Source: Hyphochytrium catenoides
Taxonomy: Eukaryota; Protista; Hyphochytriomycota
Length of the DNA stretch: 33,155 nucleotides
Assembly: GCA_900088475.1 (NCBI GenBank)
Contig: FLMG01004041.1
Span: 1 to 33,155, forward strand
Direction: 5' to 3'
A program made the translations under genes and the position numbers. Positions 23,709 to 33,155 of this stretch are shown one piece after another. Positions within the stretch are counted from its first letter, which is position 1; each line of letters starts with the position of its first letter. The notes beneath the pieces were generated by a model. That model was not told where the DNA came from. It made no database searches and worked only from the letters and a program-made list of their open reading frames with translations.

Positions 23709-26021
23709 ATGAGTCATCGAAGCCTCCTGGGTTCTGTTTGGCGCCCAATGGCAAGACGTCGGCTTGGCAGACAGCGCTTGATGAGTTCTTATCGATTCCT
23801 TGGTTCTGCTGCGAGTGGAAGGTTTGCTCCACCACCTCTAGCGCCAACTCGTAGAGTTGTCGTGACAGGTTAGCAGGAACATCAATTGAAAGTAGGTCGC
23901 TGTTTGTTTTACCCAGACCCCACCCTCGGTTTTGCTATTGTAGGTATGGGCCTTGTGTCGCCTTTAGGCATTGGTGTTCAGCGGTCATGGGAGCGGCTAA
24001 TCAACGGCGACTGCGGGATTCAGGTAAAGAGAAAGTAAGACAATTTGCACCTGCTTCACCGCCCAATCTAAGTGATCTCGCCTATTAGGCTATCGAGAGC
24101 TTCGACTGCAGTTTTCTGCCGTCGCAGGTGGCAGCCCAGGTTCCGTGGGGGGATGCAGAAGGCTCGTTTCGCTTAGAAGACTGGGTTGATGCAAAGGATA
24201 AGCGCACCCAGGATGTCCGCTTCATAGCCTATGCCATCGCTGCGGGTCAGTTGCTTTAGCCCACGACTGATTTCCTTCCCTTAGGCGCTAAGGTTCCCGT
24301 TCATTCCCCTTACAGCTACGGAGGCACTCAAAGACGCTCGTTGGCATCCAAGGACAGAAGAGGAACAGATCAGAAGTGTACGTCTTGACGTAGTTGGGGC
24401 ATTCAGCTCGTTCAACGGGCTGGCTCTCTGTCGAGTCTAACCTTCTGTCCATCAATAGGGGGTAGCAGTCGGTTCAGGAATGGGAAGCCTACAAGATATT
24501 GTGGACGTGGGTCGGCTGTTTGCAGAACCAAGGCAGGTAAGCAAAGCTGCACCAGTAACGTGAACATGAGGCTAACCCTGGCAATTCTAGGGCTACCGGA
24601 AACTCAGCCCTTTCTTCATCCCTCGAGTGCTAATAAACTTGGCAGCGGGGAACATTAGCATCAAGTTTGGTCTAAAGGTTAACCTTTCTGCCTGATTAAG
24701 CCTGTGTCTGGCTGCCCTAACCGAGAGAGCTTCAGGGCCCAAATCACTCCTGCGTCACAGCATGTGCCACTGGCGCTCACAGCATTGGTGATGCTTTTCG
24801 GTTTATTAGACATGGTGGTAGGTAGCTTCCTCCGTGTATTGCTGTCTAAATCGTAGAAACTTACGTTCGACGAAGACGCCGATGTTATGGTGGCAGGCGG
24901 CACAGAAGCTAGCATTAATGCTGTTTCTTTGGCTGGATTCTGCCGTCTGAAAGCGCTGGCGACTAAGGTAAAGCGAGTTCCTATTTTCGTGTTTAGTGGC
25001 TAGATCAATGGACTCACTGCGTGCCACACTAGTTCAATGCTAACGCGACAGCGTCTTCAAGGCCCTTTGACCGGCACCGGGAAGGTTTCGTAATGGGCGA
25101 GGGCGCCGGCATAATTGTCCTTGAGGTGTAACTTGGAACTTATAGGGCTGCTGGAGTAACACCATGAACTTATAGGGCTGTGCCCATTCCTTTCTTAATG
25201 CTCTGGCATCCTGCTACTTAGGAATACGAACACGCAAAGTCTAGAGGGGCAAGAATATACGCGGAGGTGCGCGGATATGGTCTCAGCGGGGACGCCTACC
25301 ATATAACCCAACCTGAGGGTGGTGGTGCCAGGCGGTGAGCGTCTTGTCCTGTCTTGCTCTCTGTCAAGGGCTAGGCCGTTACTCAGGACTTTCTAGGGCT
25401 ATGCAAGCAGCAATCTCGACCTCTGGCTTGTCGTTGTCGGATATTGACTACATCAACGCTCATGCGACTTCAACACCCCTGGGCGATAAAATGGAGGCTG
25501 CTGCTATTGCAGAGCTTTTCGGTATGATAGTCTTCTCTTCTCTGACGTTCACCTGATTATGGCCGCTGACAGATCATTTTACTTATTTTGCAGGCGAGCA
25601 TGCTAAGGATCTACTAGTTTCCTCGACGAAGGTAGCCACTATCATTGAGAGTACTTAACCGTCCGCCTCCTACTCATACGGCTGATGTAGGGCGCCGTGG
25701 GGCATCTGCTAGGTGCTGCTGGGGCAGCAGAGGCCATATTCACCATAAAGGCAATTGAAGAGGTACGTATGGGCATTTTTCAAAAGCACACCTCCGCCTT
25801 TACAAGGATGGATGACTCTAGAAGAAACTGTGATGACTCACGTTGATGCTCAGGGTATTGCACCGCCTACACTGAACCTGCACAATCCGGACACTGGAGT
25901 AGAGCTAGATTACGTACCACTGGAGTCCAAGAAGCGGCTTATCAGAGCTGCTCTAAGCAACTCGTTTGGTTTTGGAGGCACCAACTCTAGTCTCCTCTTC
26001 TCATGTCCGCCAGAGCAGTAG
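23709..26021 (+). CDS. 3-oxoacyl-ACP synthase II (FabF/KAS), probably mitochondrial (OXSM-like)
   Basis: Arg/Ser-rich presequence, then RRVVVTG|[26 protein letters not shown] (catalytic Cys), RPFD...[23 protein letters not shown]|[11 protein letters not shown] and [10 protein letters not shown]. About 13 introns. Confidence 0.95.
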
Positions 26022-26110
26022 AATGACTGACAAGGTGGCCCAAGCTGAGTGCCCATCCTGCAAAGGACTATGGGCCTAGAGAAAACTGAGGCTCCACATA
26101 GCAGTACACA

Positions 26111-26116
26111 TTTATT
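26111..26116 (-). terminator. Candidate AATAAA polyadenylation signal just after the CDC45 stop
   Basis: Minus strand reads TAG-TAAC-AATAAA. Confidence 0.4.
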
Positions 26117-26120
26117 GTTA

Positions 26121-29100
26121 CTAGGCATCAAGGGTATTATGCAAGGATTCAATGAATCTGAAAATATCGTCCTTCGGGATGGTGATAACTGCCGTCTCAA
26201 ACCCCTCATTGACCGAGGGCGCGTCAATCTCCTCTGCTGCTAGTGCAAAGGCTATACCAAATTTACTGAAAAGAGGGGAGCATTAGTCAGTGGGCAATCA
26301 ATCAGGGTCTTCGGTGGCAAGTGCAAAGGCTGTATCAAGGATACTGAAAGCAGGAGAGCCTTACTCAGTGGCTCCAAGAACGAAAGGGAAAGGATAAGGG
26401 CCCAGCAGCGGCAACTCAAAGCACTTACTTCTTAACCACGTCACCGTAATTTTCTGGGCACATTGTTGCCACAGCTGTGTAGGCTCCAGTCTTTTCATTG
26501 AGGCTGAGAAGGACAAGTGGCAAAGCCTGCTTGCCTATCCAGCGTTTTGACTCCTTCAGACAGGAAGAAGTCAATGATGCTTCGCGCTATTGGAGAAGTG
26601 AAAAAAGCTACTTACCCTATGAACATCAATAAGAAAAAGTGCCAAAGAAGATAGAGTCGCAGGGTAGGAAAATATCCGCTCGTCTTCATCCGCCACAACC
26701 TACGCTCAGCTTAGTACACGAGTAGCGGACTGATGGTGACAACAAGCTGTATAATACCTGGAGGATGGCGTAGCGAAAGTGCTTTGCCCTGGTTATCGAT
26801 CGCTTTTCCATGATGCTCACAGCTTGTCGGACTACGGCCTGCTGAAGCCTCATACTTTCCTGGATACCGTCACCGAGTAAATCGGTATTTGTGTTCTTAC
26901 TGCAAGAGCGTTTTGAGAGAATCCAATGATGGTAACCAAGGGTATGTTTAGTTCAGTAGCGGGAGCCGGGAAAAGAAAGGATCCTGAAGTTCAAGCACAG
27001 CTGCCCAAACCTTGATGTGGCCGAGTACGCTAGGAACCATCGGTCCTTTGATGTGAACTGAGGGCCATCTGGAGCATCTGGGCCGTTCCCAGAATTAGCT
27101 CCATCTTCAGACGACGAATAGCGAGAAAGCAGCTTCGCAGAGGCGCGAAGCAGAGACGATAGTGCGTATGCCGCATCTGAAGCCGAGAGAGATTGCTTGA
27201 ACCCTAGGAACATTTGTACCCACGTTAGTCAAGTATCATGAAGCGGTGGAGTCCCTCCCCAAAATACTATCGACTTACCGTAGGTTCTTCTAAAGGAGCC
27301 GTAGAAGAGCTCGGTTAAACCATAAGCCTCACTGGCTTCAGACAGCTTCAACCGTAGCTTACTGCGAAGGTCACTACTCATGAAGGTAAACCTAGCAGGG
27401 AATCAGCGCCAGATGTCATACTTAATCAAGGGGAGAGAGCTGCTGTACTCACTTCTGTTGACATTCTCTTAGAGACAGACCCATTCTGGCTAGCATAGTC
27501 TCCAGCTTCGTTCGACCTACAATAAAGAGAGAGTGGGCAAGGGTAGTTGCGCCTTCAGGCGGTGAACAAAGGTCCATCTCACCTGCCGCTCTCCAAATCT
27601 CCAGTTTGGCGGCAACATAGTTGGAGTGATACATACTCTCATACAGTGACCAATGACGGTACAGCATCAAGCGGTATTCGAGCTCAAAGTGGAGTTTGCC
27701 ATTCTCAGCTGCACCGATTCGGGGTTATAAATGGAAAAAAACGCTTTAGCTGATCGGAGTGCTCACCTGTGGGTACCGAAGCCCCGTCCTCTAGGACAAA
27801 AGTAGCAGCAGAATCGCTGTTCTTGTGAATAACCTTGAGATAAGTTACGGAAATCAGTGATTGCTGGAATATTCCTTGCTATAGCTACTTGTACCTCTTG
27901 CTGCAAGACCTCGACGTGAGAGTTGTAGCTATCAGTGTCCATGTGCTGCGTAACGTAGTGACTTGTCAAGCCGACAATTGCCATCCAGAGATAGTTATTC
28001 GTGTCTCGGTTAAGCTGCTGTGAGAGCTCGTACATTAGACACGATGACGGACTTCCAAGAAAATTGCCACTATAATATTCTCGGATTTGTCTACGACGCT
28101 TTTTCCTGCGCATAGAATCGCAGCAAGGAGGTGAGTTCACTGTATGTCGGTCCCCGATGAGAGTTCTGAACTCACAGGGACGTGGTCTTGTCGCCGCGTC
28201 TTAGACGTCGACGTTTAACGCTTGGCTCTTCACCGTCTTCAGGTTCGAGGATGTCCTCTTCCTCACTGTCAAAACAAAGGGAATCAATGCAAACCGAGGC
28301 GCCATAGAGCAGAAGGAGTGATTGACTGTCGCTTTTTTTATGTAAAGAAGACAGCGACTCACCTCGCTTTATCTTTTACACGAGCTTCCGCTGGCAGACT
28401 CTCCCCACCACCGCCTACAGGTTTATCCACGCTATCCGTGTGTCTGGTGCTTCCTTCTGAAGTGCATGGTATTTCTGAGTACCTGCGGAATGCTGCAACC
28501 AGTAGTAAGGACAAACCTGCATCACCCTCGATATTAGTGCTTCTCTCATCCGTATTCCGCAAACCCATTTGGTTCTCTTGATCTTCGGGTCCATCGCTAG
28601 CTTCTTGTCCAGTTTCGTTGTCCCTGCTTCTGCTACGCTCAGGCTCAAATTCTTTCTCGCTACCATCCTCGTCGCTATCTTCAAGAGGATCACCCATTTC
28701 GACTCCTTTCTCATCTTCACTGTCAGACCCGGAACCATCGGCCTCATCGTCATCAGAGCCCATGAGGTTATCGTCTTCCGAGTCGTAGTCGCTTGGAATA
28801 TCTTTCCCAACCTTGAGGATGCCGTCATCTATAACTATGATCTTGGAGTGCAAGGTAAGTACGTGACGTGATAAGATTAGGGCCTGCGGGTGTTAGCATC
28901 CCAAACGGCTTACCTGTTTCTTATCATGGACATTGGCGAGGTGGACGGGGCGATGGCTGTCAATGACAAAGCAAAGCAGATCTTCTGGCAACCCAACAAA
29001 TTTTCTCAGGTCGATCATTGCTCCACAATTTACAAAGATTACACTCCGTAGCTCAAGGCTGGATTGCAACCTTTCCTCTACAGATGCTTTAAGTTCCTTA

Positions 29101-29340
29101 TAGTTGCAGACGGGAACTAATGAATAGCTTATCAGCTCTACACGGAACAGCGACTGTGCATGGGTTAGGGCGGTCAGTTGGGGTCGTCATAGGCTAAAGG
29201 TGTACCGTTAAAATTCTGCAGGCACAAAGGGAATCCGGATCGCCTGCAACAAGCAGAAGAACGGTTGTTCCTCCTGCAGCTGCATTTTTCCGAATACGGT
29301 CGAACGCCACTGAAAGCTGATCTCGCGGCCAAAGAACCAT
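26121..29340 (-). CDS. CDC45: Cell division control protein 45 (CMG helicase component)
   Basis: VLLLVAGDPDSLCACRILT|SLF, VIFVNCGAMIDL, VIDSHRPVHLANV, acidic insertion, LWMAIVGLT, LMLYRHWSLYESMYHS, LARMGLSL, SASDAAYAL, N|KFGIAF. Multi-intron. Confidence 0.95.
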
Positions 29341-30285
29341 GCTTTGGACAATGACAGAGGTCCCTGTGCGATGGGGACCGAACGTCGGTAGGCAGGAGCC
29401 AGGAGGGGCGAAGGGAAAGAGTAGATAAGCACGCCTGGAGGAGTAGTTCTTTACGGCGCCAGTTTCAGGGTCTTGACTGTTATCGGGAGAGCAGATCCGT
29501 CGACATACGAGTAGCTTGATTCTACACAAGCTCTATTGAGACTGCCCAGTTCCTGTTGAGCTCAGCTTCTCAACGAACAAGTAAGCATAAGCAGTCGTGG
29601 ATGAGACTCGAGCTCTGCCTGTCTTCTTCTTGGGGCTCCTGAAGTGCTAGCAGGCATGATAATGTGCAGACCTTGGCGCCAAAGGGCCTGCCAGTTCGTT
29701 TCATAGCACTGAACTCAAAAATACCGCGAAAGATGGAATGACCCTGTGACTGCTAACCGCTAGAGCCACGGTCAGTGAACAGCCAGAGGCCGTCATACGA
29801 GGTCGTCGTTGGCGTGTTTCGCCCTACAAAGTTAGGTCAGGCTTCCTACTACTGTCTGGGATCCCCTCAAACTTCCTTGTTGGGATCATTCATTGCATTG
29901 TCATTGTTGCGGTGTCATCATGAGTCTTGGATCGATAATCTCATCGTCATTTATTGGCTCTGAAGCCTCTGCTTGGTTGTACTTGTATTAGAATTACATT
30001 ATGAAGTCTCTGCTTTATTAGAATTACATTATAGCTCGCCGTGGAATGGAGTGCCTATTACTTGGCCTCTAGTCTGTTCTACCGATCTGTAGAACGCTTG
30101 GTACTACTATGCAGGGTTCCCTACTACCATTATTATTTGCTGGCGGCTGTTCATTCTTTCACATCTGCTGACCGTCTCCTCCTCCTCCTACCTCCTCCCC
30201 CTTTTCTTCTATCTCTCTGACCTTTCTCCTCTTCATAAGCTTTCTCCATATCTCCTTTTTTCGGTGTTAAGGGGTGATTTTTAAT

Positions 30286-30490
30286 GACTACTACTACTGA
30301 TAACTAAGAAGAAGCAAAAGGAAGGAAGAAGAAGAAAAGGAGGAGAAGAAGTCGAAGAAGGAGAAGGGGAAGAAGAAGAGGACGAAGGAGGAGGGGAAGA
30401 AGAAGAGGACGAAGGAGGAGGAGGGGAAGAAGAAGAGACGAAGGAGAGGAAGAAGAAGGAGAAGAAGAAGAAGAGAAGCGGAGACGAGAG
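30286..30490. repeat. Purine-rich (GAA/GGA)n low-complexity tract preceded by (CTA)n
   Basis: Visible imperfect GAAGAAGAAGAGGACGAAGGAGGA units. Confidence 0.9.
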
Positions 30491-31600
30491 CTACAAAGCC
30501 CTGGACTCTACAACGCGTTCTTCTCCTCGTCCCTCACCATCGATATCGGCAAAGGAAGAAGAAACATAGTTGAACTCTTCCGCAATAATAATGATAGGAG
30601 ATGGAGGAGGAGAAGAAGAGAAGGGCGTGGCGCCGAGACCATCATCATCATCGCGCTCAATCATGCAAGAAGCTAAGGCGTCCAATAATAATTGCTGAAC
30701 AGAAATACGCTTTAGGATCATCTGAATTGCAGCCTCTTCATGGATGGCGAAAGAGGTTCTGGTATGGAGAGTCAGAGTCTTTGCCAACCGAGGCCAATGA
30801 CCAAGAGGACGGGAAGCCTCAAGAGCGGCACGATCATACTGAAGCTTGACCAGCTGTTGCACAGGCTCCAGGACATGTGGCAAAGCACCACCAAAGGACG
30901 CCTAGACGAGCGGCACAAATAGTAGCCCCACAGCCTGCTGGCCAGGGACCCTCATATAACCTCACCTTCGCTTTGTAACAGGACGCCTCCCGAGACTGTC
31001 TCACGCTTTCTCAGACAACCGACCTTGATAGCCCGCATGGACTGCTGCATAAGGAAGGGTTCTGGATTGCAGCGAATCCGTGACGGACACATCAAAGGCC
31101 GAGTACTGATAGAAAGGTGAAAATCCACGAACCAACAAATCGCTAGTAGGCTTCGGATTGGAGCCCGCGGAGGTGGCGAGATTCGCGGGAGACTCTGAGA
31201 CCAGAATTCCGAAAGGCATGAAAGAGAAGTTCTGGACGCGGCGGTGACGCTAATGAGCGCCACCGCCACGACGACAGACTGTGCCATGATCGCCAACAAA
31301 GGCATCCATTGGACGGGAACAAGAAGGCAGGGGGCTGGTGGGTGGAGTGCAGAAAAGAGGGATACCTAAAAATAGCCACAGCTTCAGTCGGAACACCAAC
31401 GCAGCAGAAGAGATCTTCAGTTGCAACCAGGGAATAGAAGCAGCCCGAAGGAAAGCCCCTACGTGTGGGAGGGAAGTAGCCCGCAAGCGAGCTTGAGCGC
31501 AAGTCTAGGCCAGCAGAAGACAGGAGAGCTTTGGAAGAAGCCGTCATCACCCACAAAGCGGGACAGTTACCGTTGCAGATGCACCTGAGCCAAAAGATCA
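30491..31600 (-). mobile_element. Degenerate 3' portion of a CRE-like non-LTR retrotransposon (zinc knuckle plus restriction-like endonuclease)
   Basis: Broken minus-strand frames give, in order: LRATSLPHVGAFLRAASIPWLQLKI...LGIPL, CSRPMDAFVGDHGTVCRRGGGAH*RH, PTSDLLVRGF...AFDVSVTDSL and VGLLFVPLV*ASFGG. This matches my recollection of the motif order in CRE-clade ORF C-termini. Stops and frameshifts are present, no introns. Boundaries approximate. Confidence 0.75.
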
Positions 31601-33155
31601 GGGAAGGACTGATGCAGTTTCATATCATGCACGTCGTTGGCGTTCCAAAAGGTATCGAGAAGCTCGGCGACCAGTGGAGGCAAGGAATCCTCGACGTCCG
31701 GCAAAATATACCTTTCAATCAATGCCAAGACTTCAGCCTACTACTGCCCGCTCTTCTTCTACCATCATGTGCCTGAGGGTCAAACTCACCTAATTCCAGC
31801 CCTTCGCTATCATGTTCCAGAGCTTCTCTATCACATCATTGCTTCTCTTTCTTCTATCGCTTTTCTCTTCTATAGCTCTCTTTCTGTCTCATCATGTCTC
31901 GTGTATTATGATGGTTCTTCTTATCTAAGTAGTATTCCTCAGTCTTCTTTTTGCTAGATTTTGTCTCTCTTCTTTGTCTCTTCGTTCAATCTTCATTGTT
32001 GACAGTCATGTTCTTTTGATTTGCGTTATTCTGATCCTTTTTATGCGGTGCGGGGCAGAACTGTGCAACGAGAGATCCAGAGAGAAGGAACTGACCCAAG
32101 AATGGCACGAAAGAAACGCTGCTACTACGGGTAGTATTAGCATTTCGCGAGCAGAAGAGCAGAGAATACTGGGAGGATACTCGGATCACAAGGCCGCAAG
32201 CCTCTTTTGCTAACGCTTCTGCCAGAAATTCACTTCAAACCTGTTTTCTCTCCCTTCTTCTCCTTCTTCTTTGAGCTTATTAGCTCCATTCTCTGCAGGA
32301 GGAACTAAATATAACGGGTAGACGGAACGGAGCATGAGGAGAAAGAAAGTACATTTATGAGGGCTAAAGTGTAGACGAAGTGGGAGTTTAGGGACGAGTA
32401 GGTGCTGCGAGATCTGTTGCGGTTAACAGGGAGGGCAGCAGCAAGGAGCACAGATTTGTATGGTCAGTCGAGGAACACAACCAGTAGTGTATCAGCCCAT
32501 AGCTCCGTAACAGCTGCTCGTTCGTGGGACCAGTTGGCCACCGATGTCTCCGATGTCCTGATCATTTGGCTAGACTACTAGTCAATCCGTACATCATAGA
32601 AGGTGCTCCGTCAGTAGCAGTAGCTTCTTGGGGATGCAGAGCCATCGCATCATGTGATGAACGACTCTCCAGTCTGGAGAGCTAAGAGGGATCGAAAGTC
32701 GAAGCAAATAGACCTCATTAAGGTAGTAAGGTGAGGGAAAAAAAGAACTGAGGAGCAGAGCCAGCTCTGACAGGAAAAGGGGCGCCCAGAATCCTGCTGC
32801 AAGAAGTTGTCGGGCCAAGGAATAGCCGGCCGAGATCGAAAGAAAATCGAAGTCAGAATCTCTTCCTCTTAAATAGAAAAGAGGTCCGGGGCGGTTTAGC
32901 TTGTCTTCTCGGTCATCAACAAGAGAAGATATCATCTTCCTCTTATCCCTCTTTTGACGATGAGGCACCTCTTGCTCTCCAAACAGTCTCACCGAAGTCA
33001 TACAGGAAACTGCCTCACCATCTCCTTGTACCTCTCTCTCTTTTCTCTATTCTCTCACTCCTTAGTCTGTTCCTTTTGACGTCAATTCTCTCTCCTTCTC
33101 CCTGTCTCCTATAATAATATCCCTGACAGGCAGTGCAGAAGCAATGATATACATT

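Noticed and set aside
1-29340. Non-standard genetic code or stop-codon readthrough
   Set aside because: The conserved genes splice into open frames under the standard code, and TAA, TAG and TGA all serve as terminal stops. In-frame stops occur only in introns or the decayed retroelement.
31800-33155. Possible + strand exons at the right end
   Set aside because: A few acceptor- and donor-like sites, but no consistent frame or family motif; cannot be supported from this window.

Overview
Intron-rich eukaryotic nuclear DNA with mostly ~55-100 nt GT-AG introns, many carrying CTAAC/CTGAC-like branch points. The ciliary genes indicate a flagellated protist; a stramenopile is my guess, not shown by the sequence. 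Manual splicing gives 13 genes whose strands alternate strictly: Kv-beta-type aldo-keto reductase (-), putative small secreted protein (+, weak), class I PITP (-), AGC kinase 1 (+), DRC2/CCDC65 (-), RMND5/Gid2 (+), METTL6-like (-), AGC kinase 2 (+), ODF3/SHIPPO-repeat protein (-), METTL23-like (+), unknown membrane protein (-), mitochondrial-type KAS/OXSM (+), CDC45 (-). A decayed CRE-like non-LTR retrotransposon lies next to a GAA/GGA tract near the right end. Most notable: (1) DRC2 has a short non-ubiquitin leader ending in the exact ubiquitin C-terminus LRLRGG, a candidate deubiquitinase-cleaved pro-peptide; (2) the strict strand alternation with stop-to-stop gaps of only 7-117 bp; (3) a hidden duplicated terminal exon in CDC45; (4) heavy intron turnover between the two kinase paralogues. 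All gene models and family calls were made by eye, without database searches.
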